Assembly (NCBI RefSeq): GCF_006345805.1
Contig: NC_043008.1
Span: forward strand, 14,880,001-14,944,000
Reading direction: 5' to 3'
Length of the DNA stretch: 64,000 nt
Origin: Octopus sinensis
Lineage: Eukaryota
Under the pieces are notes generated by a model. That model was not told the origin of the DNA. It did not search any database and was given only the letters and a program-made list of their open reading frames with translations. Numbering within the stretch: position 1 is the stretch's first letter; every line of letters starts with the position of its first letter. This document shows positions 1-11,832 of the stretch, one piece after another. A program made the translations under genes and the position numbers.

Positions 1-936
1 CAGAGAAGACACGTTTGAAGTTACGTGCTTTCGTGTGGAAATTTGTATGTTTTTTTAAAAAATATAAATATATGAGAGAATGGAGTTTTGTTAATTTGTC
101 GTTCAACTCCATTCTTTCATATATATATATATAATATATATATATATATATGTGTGTGTGTGTCTGTGTGTGTATATATATATGTGTGTGTGTGCGTGTG
201 CATCTGTGTATATGTGTCTCTGTGTATGTCTGTCTTTACTATGTGTGTGTACTATATACATGTGTGTGTGTGTGTATGTATGTTTTTGTATATATGTGCA
301 TATGTATGTGTGTGTGTATGTATGTATATATATATGTGTGTCATCATCATCGTTTAACGTCTGTTCTCCATGCTAGCATGGGTTGGACTATATATATATA
401 TATATATATATACACGTGTGTGTGTGTGTCTGTATGTATACATGTGTATGTGTATATGTATATATGTATGTATCTGAATATGTATTTATATATGTGTTTG
501 TGTATATATATGTGTGTGTGTATATATATATACCTATACATGTGTGTGTATGTATGTATATATGTATATATAATATATATGTGTGTGTGTTCGTGTATGT
601 ATGTATAATTGAAAAATATACAATGACTTTTCCAAAACTAGTCTCATTTCTTCCATAAATTTCGCGGAGAAGGAAACAAGATTAGTTTTGTGAGAGTAAT
701 TGATTCTGGAAAATAAAGACATCCACCTTGTATCTCATTCAATGAATAAAAAAAAGCCGGAAGCCACGAATAAACCATAATTATCCTTCACAACTGAGTA
801 CGACATAGTAGTGTGTACCATGCTTTCACTCAGCATTTTAGGTGCTTGTTTAGTCACAAGCTGGTGTAGGTACATACTTTCCCCTTTGCTCCCACCGTTG
901 ACTTAGGGAAATTTCCAAGAAGTATCTATCTCTATA

Positions 937-1355
937 TATTTCTTTACTACCCACAAGGGGCTAAATACAGAGGGGACAAACAAGGACAGACAAATGGATT
1001 AAGTCGATTATATCGACCCCAGTGCATAACTGGTACTTAATTTATCGACCCCGAAAGGATGAAAGGCAAAGTCGACCTTGGCGGAATTTGAACTCAGAAT
1101 GTAGCGGCAGACGAAATACCTATTTCTTTACTACCCACAAGGGGCTAAACACAGAGGGGACAAACAAGGACAGACAAACGGATTAAGTTGATTACATCGA
1201 CCCCAGTGCATAACTGGTACTTAATTTATCGACCCCGAAAGGATGAAAGGCAAAGTCGACCTCGACAGAATTTGATCCCAGAACGTAACGGCAGACGAAA
1301 TACGGCTACGCATTTCACCCGGTGTGCTAACGTTTTTCAGCCAGCTCGCCGCCTT
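937..1355 (-). mobile_element. tRNA-derived SINE family B, head + 2 tandem units
   Basis: Reverse complement begins AAGGCGGCGAGCTGG (A-box region) and has B-box-like GAGTTCAAATTCC; internal restart junction at about 1113-1122. Confidence 0.9.
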
Positions 1356-1369
1356 AAATTGGAGTAACC

Positions 1370-2288
1370 ATATGTCTCCTCTACAGCATGACACCTGTTC
1401 CAGCCCCTCTATCATACTTTATCCTTTCCTTAACTAGCATAAACTCACCTCACTCAAGACTACACCCACCTCAGTTGAGTGGGGTCTTGTCTTGAAAGTT
1501 ACATGGTCACCTCACTAGTGCTGGTGCTACATAAAAAGCACCCAGTACATTATGAAGTGGTTGGTGTTAAGAAGGACATCCAGATATTGCAGCTTGGCAC
1601 AGTCCTCTGGCCTATCAGCTCTTGTAAAATCGTCTAACCCATGCCAGCATGGAAGATGGACATTAAACGGAAATGGCAATAAACACACAGTACACTCTGT
1701 AAATTGGTTGGCATTAGGAAGGGCATCCAGCTGTAGAAAACTATGCCAAAATATACACTGGAGTCTGGTGCAGTTCTTGGTGTTACAAGCTCCTGTCAAG
1801 ACGTCCAACCCATGCCAGCATGGAAAATGGGTGTTAAACGGCAATGACAACAAATGCACAGTACATTCTGTAAAGTGGTTGGCATCAGGAAGGGCATCCA
1901 GCTGTAGAAACTATGCCAAAATATACACTGGAGTCTGGTGCAGTTCTTGGTGTTACAAGCTCCTGTCAAGACGTCCAACCCATGCCAGCATGGAAAATGG
2001 GCGGTAAATGATATGATGATGATATCTGCATGTTGCCAGTGCCGCTGGCACGTTAAAAGCTCCAACTGATCGTGGCCAATGCCGGACCCCCCTGGCACCT
2101 GTGCAGGTGGCACGTAAAAAGCACCCACTACACTCGCGGAGTGGTTGGCGTTAGGAAGGGCATCCAACCGTAGAAACTCTGCCAGATCAGACTGGAGCCT
2201 GGAGCAGCCCCTGGCTTCCCAGACCCCGGTCGAACCGTGCTAGCGCGGAAAACGGACGTTAAACGATGATGATGATGATGATGATGAT
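1370..2288 (+). mobile_element. Family C non-autonomous retroelement cluster (RTE-associated type), four tandem 3' units ending in a (GAT)n tail
   Basis: Repeated GGTTGGCRTTAGGAAGGGCATCCA...CCAACCCATGCCAGCATGGAA...GTTAAACG; unit starts near 1542, 1687, 1858, 2120; tail GACGTTAAACGATGATGAT. The RTE link is from recalled similarity of these motifs. Confidence 0.7.
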
Positions 2289-2752
2289 ACATGTAAATTC
2301 ATGTCTTATTGGATTTCATGTATAATGGTTAAATAACAAAAATATAGTTTTTCAAGCATTTGGAAATTTGGAATTATTGATTTTTGTTTTTAATTATCAG
2401 CACTGCAATAAACATTTTAAAATGGGAAGGAAGGTAATTTATACACATCATTAGTCATTTATCTCATTTAGATTTATCTTGTCTACAAAAAAATAAAAAA
2501 AAAATATATATATATATATAATTTCAAAAAAAAAAATGAAAAGAAGAAATATGAAAATTCTGAATTCAGAATGTAAAAGTTACGATGAGGAATAAAATCA
2601 TTTTATGGTGATAAATCAATGTATATTGTAACGAGTTTAGAAGTGTTATAAATATAATCGCTAACGACTTTAGTATTGTTTAAAGCATATAATGTGAAGT
2701 GTTTAAGAATTGTTTCTCTACATAAATTGTAAATCAGTATCATCATCATCAT

Positions 2753-2980
2753 ACTCTCTTTTACTCTTTTACTGGTTTCAGTCATTTGGCTGCGGCCTTG
2801 CTGGAGCACCGCATTTTAGTCGAGCAAATCGACCCCCCAGGACTTATTGTTTGTTTAAGCCTAGTACTTATTCTATCGGTCCCTGTTGCCGAACTGCTAA
2901 GTTACAGGGGATGTAAACACACCAGCATCGGTTGTCAAGCGATGTTGGTGGGACAAATATAAACACACATACATACATAT

Positions 2981-3046
<66 letters not shown>

Positions 3047-3437
3047 TCTTTTACTTGTTTCAATCATTTGACTGCGGCCATGCTGGAGCACCGCCTTTTA
3101 ATCGAGCAACTCGACCCCGGGACTTATTATTTGTAAGCCCAGTACTTATTCTACCGGTCTCTTTTGCCAAACCGCTAAGTAACGGTGACATAAACACACC
3201 AGCATCGGTTGTCAAGCAATGCTAGGGGGACAAACACAGACACACAAACAACACACGCATATATATATGTACATATATACGACGGGCTTCTTTCAGTTTC
3301 CCAAATCCACTCACAAGGCTTTGGTCGGCCCAAGGCTATAGTAGAAGACACTTGCCCAAGGTGCCACGCAGTGGGACTGAACCCGGAACCATGTGGTTGG
3401 TAAACAAGCTACTTACCACACAGCCACTCCTGCACCT
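2753..3437 (-). mobile_element. tRNA-derived SINE family A: full copy (3045-3437) abutting the 3' half of a second copy (2753-about 3000)
   Basis: Matches the + strand copy at 44961-45371; the join lies in the internal (CA)n(TA)n tract. Confidence 0.9.
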
Positions 3438-3458
3438 ATATATATATATATATATATA

Positions 3459-3899
3459 TTTGTTTGGCAAGATTTTTGATGTGAAATCGTGTATTGAAAC
3501 AGATATTGTTGTATTTAGGAATGGTCATTTTGCCAGTTTAGCCAATAAAAACACACGCACTATATATTTGGTGTTACTTTGCTTCAGTGTTATTTATTTA
3601 TTACATTAATCTTAATCTTATTTCGGCCAGAGTTCTTTCGTCACACTCCTGTGACCTCATCAGTCCTTCGCTTTCTTCTTTCTTATTTGTGTGTCTCTCC
3701 TTACTAACCGTTAGCCATTTTGTATTTCTATTGTATGTGTCTTCATTTGCACATGCGTATATCTCTATGTGCGTCTATGTTTATTTAGTGTGTGTGTGTG
3801 TGTGGAAATGCCTGTAATATTTGTATCTCCTGTTTATATACGTTCGTGTAATTTGTTTTTGTTTTTGTTTATTCTTATTTTGTTTATGTGTTTACATCC
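3459..3899 (-). mobile_element. Possible Penelope-like element remnant with hammerhead-like motif (3625-3667)
   Basis: Minus strand reads CTGATGA-G-GTCAC-AGGAGT-GTGAC-GAAA; adjoins a (TA)n tract. Stems I and III are not clean. Confidence 0.4.
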
Positions 3900-4447
3900 A
3901 CTTGCCCAAGGTGTCATGCAGTGGGACTGAACCTGGAACCATGTGGTTGGGAAGCAAGCTACTTACCACACAGCCATGCCTGTGCAAAATTTGTGCAAAA
4001 TATTTTCACACCAATGACTATGATTAATTAAAAGTAGTAGTAATAGTAGTAGTATGGGGTGCATGTGCTGCCACAGTGTGTTGCTGCATTCACCGTTTGT
4101 CGGTGATTCCCTGCTACTCTCGGCGGATGACCCTTTTGCATCACTCAGGCAACAACCCTTCAACCCATGGATCTGTTTGGGTAGTCATTTCTGGCAAGGA
4201 TTTTACAATGCTGGAGTGCAAATCCTACCTCAACCTCTTTTAGCCGCTTTCTACGGCACACGGAGTAAACATTGGGTTCATCCTTTGGCGTGTCAGTCCC
4301 CCCACACAGTGCAGGACAGAAGAACTGGAAGTTTTTATCATCTTCTACTGTAGAGCAACCAGCAACGAGGTTGACGGGAGATTTGTCCTGAGAAATGCTA
4401 TGTTTGTATACTATACTTAACGTTTTCTTTTCTGTTCTTCTTTTCAG

Positions 4448-4499
4448 ACAAAAATTATAATTGGAATGGTCATTTTAATTGTATTGGCTGTCATAATAA
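4448..4499 (+). CDS. VAMP4: Penultimate coding exon (52 nt, phase 0 to 1) encoding the transmembrane anchor of a synaptobrevin/R-SNARE, most like VAMP4: TKIIIGMVILIVLAVII
   Basis: Seen: long polypyrimidine tract + CAG acceptor (ends 4447), GTAAGT donor at 4500, 17 codons + 1 nt of mostly hydrophobic residues. Knowledge: the TM exon of vertebrate VAMP2/3/4 is, as I recall, also 52 nt with these phases. Paralog assignment is inference (K at position 2, IIPII ending). SNARE-motif exons were not found upstream in the window. Confidence 0.72.
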
Positions 4500-4559
4500 G
4501 TAAGTATGACTTTGGTTACACTTTGTTTTGGCATTATCAATTCTTGACAGGAACCATTA

Positions 4560-5050
4560 AACAAGATTGGTTCTTTCTGTTGTTATATCAAGTTTTGCGA
4601 TCTTAGCAACAACCGACTCTTTTAATAAATGACCACAAGTGACTTAACCCATTTGTTTATAATAACCACCAGTGTTCAGCTTGAACAGAATTCTTTTTCG
4701 TCTTTCCCAAAATGACAGCTGATGTCCATTAACTAATTTCTACCAGGTCTCTTCAAAACTATTTGATCTTTCTCCACTCTCCCATTCAACGTTTGTCAGC
4801 TGCGTCCAGAAAATTTATTCACTCGTAGTGTTAACTTTAATTATCTTTGCCAAATTAACTGACTGTTTTCACCTCTCAGAGTTCAGTTTATGTTGCTGTC
4901 ACTCAAAGCACTCCTCCTCCTACTCCTCCTCATGGTTTTCTGTAATTCTTACTTTGTTCCGATCCTTTATGACACACTATGTTCTCCAAGTTTACAAAAA
5001 CTGTGGAATGAGAACAGCTCCTGGCCAGTTGTCTAGATTTTCTGGTCCGC
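4560..5050 (-). pseudogene. Possible very decayed LINE reverse transcriptase remnant
   Basis: Minus-strand pieces DNWPGAVLIP and NFLDAADK resemble the DWxxAxIxP and FxDxxKAFD motifs in the expected order; many stops and frameshifts. Confidence 0.3.
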
Positions 5051-5106
5051 TTTAACTTAAACATCATGAAAGTCTGTTGTCATGGTTACCTGGCAATGCC
5101 TACAAA

Positions 5107-5425
5107 GTTATTCTTTGTAAGCCCAGTACTTATTCTATCAGTCTCTTTTGCCGAACCGCTATGGGGACGTAAACACACCAGCATCGGTTGTCAAGCAATG
5201 CTAGGAAGACAAACACAGACGCACAAACACACACACACATACATATATATATATACATATATACGACGGGCGTCTTCAGTTTCCGTCTACCAAATCCACT
5301 CACAAGGCATTGGTCGGCCCGGGGCTATAGCAGAAGACACTTGCCCAAGATGCCACGCAGTGGGACTGAACCCGGAACCATGTGGTTGGTTAGCAGGCTA
5401 CTTACCACACAGCCACTCCTGTGCC
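5107..5425 (-). mobile_element. SINE family A, 3'-truncated
   Basis: High similarity to the other family A copies, including the tRNA head. Confidence 0.9.
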
Positions 5426-6682
5426 TTTCTCATATTACCAAATCAACTTGTTTTCTTAGTACCCTAGAGGTACCTTTTTCTATCGTACTTTGCCTGTTGT
5501 TCAGACAGTGTTGCAGAGTTATGCTTTAATAAAGAAATATGGAAATAACCAACTATTTTCCAGTGATATCTTCCTTTGTTTTCTCCTCTCTGTGGAATAT
5601 GTCAATGACGGTCTTTTGGACAACTGAATTCTTGCTCATTATTACAACAGTAGCACTTTCTGCAAAAAAAAAAAAAATGTGATAATAAGAAATTATATAG
5701 AAGTCTTGGCTGAAAGAATATTACCTAAATATGCTCTGCTCAAGCTAATATTATTTGCAATATTCTTGAGATAAGCAGAATTCACATATTTTTCTGTAGT
5801 CTTACACTTGTCAGTCTACAGTAATCATTTCTTGAAATCAGTGAGATTGTTCATAGACTGAAAAGAAGCTCCATCACTGCATCTATTATGCAAAAGAACA
5901 ATGCTTTTTTTTTTTTTTTGAATATTCATTTCTGACTCAATTTTCTAAATTCCTGAGATGCATATGTGTGTACATGTGTGTGGGTTTATTCTATGAATTT
6001 GCTTTGTAGCAATACTAATAACTAGTTGTTTTGTTAAAACTCTAACATACACATGCTTTAGAAATAAAGCATTAAGTGAATGCAGAGCTTAATGTACCAA
6101 CTGGCGAATGACAAGTGAACAGGATTCGTGTAATCAACTGCATTGGCTTACAACTGTTTCTGCTATGAGAAACAGTGCACTCAGGAGTTGAATGGCTGTG
6201 CAACAGCCTATAGCTTCTTCAGAGCCATTAAAATGATGAGTATGTTTATTTCTGAAAGTATTTAAATACATAGAGTTGGTTACGTTCAGAACTGTGTATA
6301 TGTGTGTGTTTGTGTCTATACATGTGTGTATGTGTGTGTATAAATGTGTGTGTATGTATATATATATATATATATGTATATAGAACGACCTCTGGAGATC
6401 TGCTGTGACTGTGAAGACCCGACAAATGAATTGAGTTCATGGCTCACAGGACGGCCTGCTGTGCTTACCTTTGATGTAGGGTGACCTGCTGTGCTTGAGG
6501 AGACCTATTGAGTCAAGTACATCAACTTCTGGTACTCGACTGAAGAAAGAAAGCCAAGAATGACGCATTTTTTTTTTGCCTGTCCTAATTGTTGTTCTTT
6601 CTTGTCCGCCTTTATGTCATCTATCTGTCCGAACCTTTTAATGCCCTCTACTGTGATTTTGTTCCATTTATATATATATATA

Positions 6683-6867
6683 TCATCATCATCATTTAAC
6701 GTCCGCTGTCCATGCTAAAATGGGTTGGACAATTTGACTGAGGTCTGGCGAACCAGATGGCTGCACCAGACTCCAATCTGATCTGGCAGAGTTTCTACAG
6801 CTGGATGCCCTTCCTAATGCCAACCACTCCGAGAGTGTAGTGGGTACTTTTACGTGCCACTGGCATG
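6683..6867 (-). mobile_element. Family C element (further minus fragments at 341-388, about 10375-10620 and 11870-12120)
   Basis: (CAT)n-TTAACGTCCG...GGATGCCCTTCCTAATGCCAACCAC is the reverse complement of 2120-2288. Confidence 0.8.
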
Positions 6868-6893
6868 AATATATATATATATATATGTTATTT

Positions 6894-7103
6894 GAGGGGG
6901 TGCTGAAAAGTTCCTGGCTTTACAGGTATTGTGAAAGGCCTGGTTGGAAACCCAACTTTCTGAGACTTTTTACTGGGCTTAGAAAAACTGAAGGACTGCT
7001 GCAATAAGTGTGTGAATCTGAGAGGGGAATATGTTGGATAAAATCATAATTAACTGATCCTCCTGCATTTTCTTTTACCCAAAGCCAGGAACTTTTCAGC
7101 ACC
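6894..7103 (+). mobile_element. Mariner-derived MITE
   Basis: Perfect 23-bp inverted repeats GGTGCTGAAAAGTTCCTGGCTTT (6899-6921 and 7081-7103); interior encodes KLKDCCNKCVNLRGEYVG*, resembling a mariner transposase C-terminus; right end abuts a SINE. Confidence 0.8.
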
Positions 7104-7104
7104 T

Positions 7105-7336
7105 GGGTGTTGAGCTGGCAGAATCGTTAGCGCGCCGGGTGAAATGATTAGCGGTATTTCGTCCGTCGCTACGTTCTGAGTTCAAATTCCGCCAATGTCA
7201 ACTTTGCCTTTCATCCTTTTGGGGTCGATAAATAAAGTACCAGTTTCGCACTGGGGTCGATGTAATCTACTTAATCCCTTTGTCAGTCTTTCTTTGTACC
7301 CTCCATGTTTAACCCCTTGTGGGTAGTAAAGAAATA
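7105..7336 (+). mobile_element. SINE family B monomer (long tail)
   Basis: A-box and B-box head, central GCCTTTCATCCTTTYGGGGTCGATAAA domain, tail ending GGGTAGTAAAGAAATA. Confidence 0.9.
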
Positions 7337-7472
7337 CATATATACCTCATCTATGTATTGCATATTGTGTGTGTTTGTGTGTGTGTATGTGTGTTTGTGT
7401 CTTTCTATGTGTATGTACGCATGAGAAATATATACGCTTCATCTGACAGATGTATATTTTTTTTATTTTCAG

Positions 7473-7498
7473 TTCCCATCATCATTCAGAATTCATAA
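7473..7498 (+). CDS. VAMP4: Terminal coding exon of the same VAMP-like gene: (I)PIIIQNS*
   Basis: Seen: CTGAC branch-like motif at 7443-7447, T-rich tract, CAG acceptor ending 7472. TT completes the split codon A|TT from the previous exon, extends the hydrophobic helix and stops at TAA 7496-7498, leaving a short luminal tail typical of R-SNAREs. Confidence 0.72.
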
Positions 7499-7964
7499 GA
7501 GAAAGGATTAAAAAAAAACAAAACAAAAAAAAAACCAAAAAAAAAAAAAAATACCGAAGGACAAAAAACAGAAAAGGAAATAAAAAACAAAAAACAAATA
7601 AAAAAAAACATACACATTCACACGAAAAGGAAGAAAGCACAAATGAAAAATAAAAAAATAAAATAAAAAAACAAGGAAAAGAAATGGGGGTGCTGCTTTA
7701 CGACCCCCATCCACCCCCCCCTTTTTCTCTCCCTTCTTCCCCTTCTTTCTGACCCCTGCACAAAGTTGTGGCAGTGTTAAGGCAAAGTTGAAATCCTAAC
7801 AAAACTCTGACCCTTCATCTCATAGCGTTGTCACCATTGTCTCATCATCATCATCATCATCATCACCATTATTATTATTATCATCATCATCATCATCACT
7901 ATTATTATTATCATTATTATTATTATCATTATTATTATTATTATTATTATCATTATTATTATTA

Positions 7965-7995
<31 letters not shown>

Positions 7996-8617
7996 CATTA
8001 TTGTTGTTGTTGTTGTTGTCGTCCTCTGCCACTCTATATCCCATTATAGCACATTATACATTCCACTTTCTCTTTCCTCTATTGTGAGAAATAGATTTAT
8101 GAAACTCTGCCGCTCCACTCCACTCCACACATGCCCTCCCCCCGCCAAATACACGCACAGTAACGCATACACACGTGCACATACCCACCCTTAAATGCAC
8201 ACACATTACACACACACACACACACACACATAAGCAGTTATATGCTTTTTCTCTCATCCTCTCTCTCTTACTGTCACACACACACACACACAGACAATCA
8301 CGCACACACACACACACGGACAAACAGACAGACAATCACGCACAAGCAGATATGCACATACACTGCTGACAAAGGGACATGTCGCACTCACACCCCTTCT
8401 CTCTTCTGTGCGTGTCTCTCTCACTCACTCTCTCTCTCTATCTCTCTTACATTCACACGCACACACATAGATCTACATAGGAGCACATGTGTATTGAAAC
8501 ATACACACGTGCACACATACATACATACATGTATTCACACTCACATATACGTATACTGACTCAAGTAGTCATTCTAATGCACATACGCACACATTCATGC
8601 CCCCACACACACACACA

Positions 8618-8649
<32 letters not shown>

Positions 8650-9016
8650 GAGATTCTCGATTTCCAATACCTAGATGTGATTTAATCAAAGACCTATGGC
8701 AACATGGTTGAGCAATCATGTGAGACGGTTCAGTAACCAATCAGGTGAGGCTGTTTTTATTCCATCATGTGACCATCATGTGGTACAGGTTTTTTTTTTT
8801 TTTTAAAAAAAAAAAGAAAGAATTTTTTTCTTTTTTTCCCCCCTTCTCCGTTTTTTTTTTGTTTGTTTCTTTTTGCCATCAAAATAATCCCGTTTTACTC
8901 TATAAATCACAGATTGGAATTTTCATCCTCTGGGTTAGGTGAGCAGGAGTAAAGGATGGGGTTTTGGGACTTGTTTAATCTCTAGGAGAGACTCAGTGGT
9001 GATGGTTGAGGTCAGA

Positions 9017-9050
<34 letters not shown>

Positions 9051-9240
9051 TGTGTGTGTGTGTGTGTGTTTATGGTTGATTTTGTTATATTTTTAAAAAT
9101 TTTTTTTTTTGTGCAATATTTTTTGGGGATTTAAAATACACAGGTTTGTTCAAATATTAAATGGCTTTCCAGTGTATATTTTTATTTATCTTCGATATAT
9201 AATGAGTCATGTGCTTGTATATATCTATGTGTATATATAT

Positions 9241-9289
<49 letters not shown>

Positions 9290-9349
9290 ATACATACATA
9301 TATACATACACATGCACACACATTAATAAATGTGTGAGCGCGTGTTTGT

Positions 9350-9485
9350 GAAGTGCGTGGCCTAGTGGTTAGAGCAACAGGTTCGTGATTGTAAGGGTGT
9401 GGGTTCGATTCCCAACCATCGTGTTGCACTGTGTCCTTGGGCAAGGTATTTCACTCTTCATTGCTGTTGTCTACTCAGGTGAAGT
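9350..9485 (+). mobile_element. tRNA-derived SINE family D (CORE-like) fragment in the putative 3' UTR
   Basis: TGGCCTAGTGG A box, GGTTCGATTCC B box, then TGTGTCCTTGGGCAAG core-like segment. Confidence 0.7.
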
Positions 9486-9572
9486 GTGTACTGACAGTAC
9501 CTGGGCTTTACCTTCTGCTGGACTTGTTTGATGTTTATCTTGTAAGCCTTGGAAGCCATATATGTATATATA

Positions 9573-9665
<93 letters not shown>

Positions 9666-9781
9666 TATATATATATGTGTGTGTGTGTGTGTACATTCAT
9701 GATTGTCCATATACATGTATAAGCGTGTGTGTGTGTATGTATATATATATATATATATATACATATATACTTATATTTATG

Positions 9782-9820
<39 letters not shown>

Positions 9821-9913
9821 GATTAATGTGTATGTATATATGTATTCTTGTCTATATACCTGTGTATATACATAGTATATACTGCAATTTCTTAATCTGT
9901 TTTATTTAAATAC

Positions 9914-10083
9914 AATAAAATGCTCCTAAATTTTGAAACTGGGAATTATTTTTGTGATGCCCCCCTTTGTACATATCTGTCCTTTCTGCTTTTTATGTAA
10001 ATATATTTATAATAAAGACTCTTAATTTAAATTAATTTAATTTCTTTTTAGTTTCCTTTTTTTGTTTATTGCGTTGAAATAAA
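9914..10083 (+). terminator. Candidate polyadenylation signals (AATAAA at 9914, 10011, 10078)
   Basis: Three hexamers, TGTA motifs nearby and T/GT-rich downstream sequence; AATAAA is also common by chance in AT-rich DNA. Confidence 0.4.
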
Positions 10084-11065
10084 GACTTGGTTTAATTTTT
10101 TGTTTTGTTTGTATTTATTTTATTTTTTTTAGATCGTTTTTGTATTTGCTTTGTTATATATTCTTGATGTGAATTCCTATGTTGAAACGTTGCTGTGTCT
10201 GGGTGGGTCATTATGCCAATAACAATAACACACACACACACACTGGTGTGTGAGTTCTTTTTGGATTAACGATTCTTCCAAGACATGACAATATTTTTTT
10301 AGAATTTTTGTTTAATTAAAAGATAATCTTTTCATGCATTTCTTTTCATCATTTGAATGTTTTTTTGTTTGTTATTATTGTCCTCATTTAACATCTTTTT
10401 TTCTCCTTTTTTTGCATGGGTCAGATATAATTTATTGAGGCAGATTTCCTATGGCCATATATCCTTCTTGTTACTATCCTCACCTCTTTCCAAGCAAGGT
10501 TATATTACCCTATGGCCAGACACTTTATGGACGTCTGAAAGCAAACAACATCACTCGTATAATAGTGATGCTAGTTTACAACCATCTTGTGATGTCTAGA
10601 TTAGGATTCACACATCCTAGTGCAAACTCAGATGATTGTACCTCATCCTCCCACACTACTCACTGCATAAGCGTGGTTTGTGCCAAAGGGAAAATTCCTG
10701 AATATGAAGAATTAAATATATTATTGTAATCACTTTTGTTACCTGTTTACTGGAGCTTATCTCCACTCAAAACGGCATTAGCTTTGTGTGGGTTGTATCT
10801 ACCTATGGGCTATGAAAAAGAATAATGACGAGCTAGATGTTATAATTTACCATCACTATTTATATTCCATTATTGTTATATGAAATAATAACGTGATAGT
10901 TGAGACAGTATTTAGAGAGAAATAGCTAAATTCCTTATAGTGAGGGAGAGATGGAGATTTGATTGTAATAGAGATAGGAAGAGATGTTTAATATTTAGAG
11001 AGATGACTGATACAATAAAGAGAGCTGATGTTGATAATGGACACCACACTGTTTAAAGATTGATT

Positions 11066-11466
11066 GGATTCTTTCGGTTTGAACGGCAGTTTCTAACATA
11101 ATTTCTAGGTAACTAAAAAAATTTAAACTTCGTATACTGGTAGAATGTGTTTATAAAACATCTTTTTCTCTTGGCTTTATTGAGAAAATTCTATAGTTTG
11201 TAAGATATTTGTTGTTTTTTTTCTTCAATTTCTGCAATTTCAACTAATCACTGACGTTCATTGAGGTAAAAAACACTCTGTGTCGTATGAATATGTCCCT
11301 TGTTTAAGAAACAGATTGGGCTTATTTACATTTGTGAAGAAAAAAAGATACCCTTCCCCCTAACCCTAACTAACCCTAACCCTAAAACAGATTGAAATGC
11401 AATAGATGGATGACAATTTCATATGACACCACTAGAAAAAAACTGCCATTCAAAACGAAAAGATCC
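11066..11466. mobile_element. MITE with GG termini, 8-bp TSD and internal (CCCTAA)n; Merlin-like
   Basis: Imperfect TIRs GGATTCTTTCGGTTTGAACGGCAGTTT / AAACTGCCATTCAAAACGAAAAGATCC; TSD GATTGATT at 11058-11065 and 11467-11474. Superfamily inferred from termini and TSD length. Confidence 0.8.
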
Positions 11467-11564
11467 GATTGATTTCGACCAGCATTACCTTTGCTTTCAC
11501 TTTACAAGAACAAGAAAAAGTTTTAGTAATATGAAATGTATCCTAGTCCGTAACGGATCATCAG

Positions 11565-11832
11565 GTCTGTTTTCGGAAAATTCGCTGGAAACATTTTTGC
11601 AGTGGGAACATTTGCTGTGGGAAATTTTACTGTAAAGGAGGCATGCAAGCAGATTGGAAACTATATGAATCATTTTAAAGAAATTACTTTTCTCTAATTG
11701 GTAGGTTAGTCAGTAAAATAGCTATTTTAAGAAAACAGCCAATTTTTTTTTAAAAGTATTTTTTGCAATTTCTTTCTTTCTATGGTGAATTTTCCTATGG
11801 TAAAAATGTTTATGGGGAAATTTCCTGTAACC
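11565..11832. mobile_element. Degenerate MITE with about 15-bp subterminal tandem repeats in inverted orientation
   Basis: GGGAACATTTGCTGT-like repeats at left and ATGGTGAATTTTCCT-like repeats at right. Confidence 0.4.

Larger units (their letters stand above)
7499..10110 (+). other. Putative 3' UTR of the VAMP-like gene, rich in microsatellites
   Basis: Follows the stop codon; a cluster of AATAAA followed by T/GT-rich sequence lies at 9.9-10.15 kb. The true end is inferred and an earlier poly(A) site is possible. Confidence 0.45.

Noticed and set aside
88-722. ORFs rich in Y/I/C/V/H/T here and at 9.4, 27, 39, 43-44 and 59-61 kb
   Set aside because: Translations of (TA)n, (TG)n, (CA)n and (CATA)n tracts that lack stops by composition.
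5066-5529. Recurring ORFs such as MPKVPRSGTEPGTMW, MFQSFDCGHAG and MRNWYLFNRPRKDERQSRP
   Set aside because: Antisense readings of SINE families A and B; they recur because the repeats recur.
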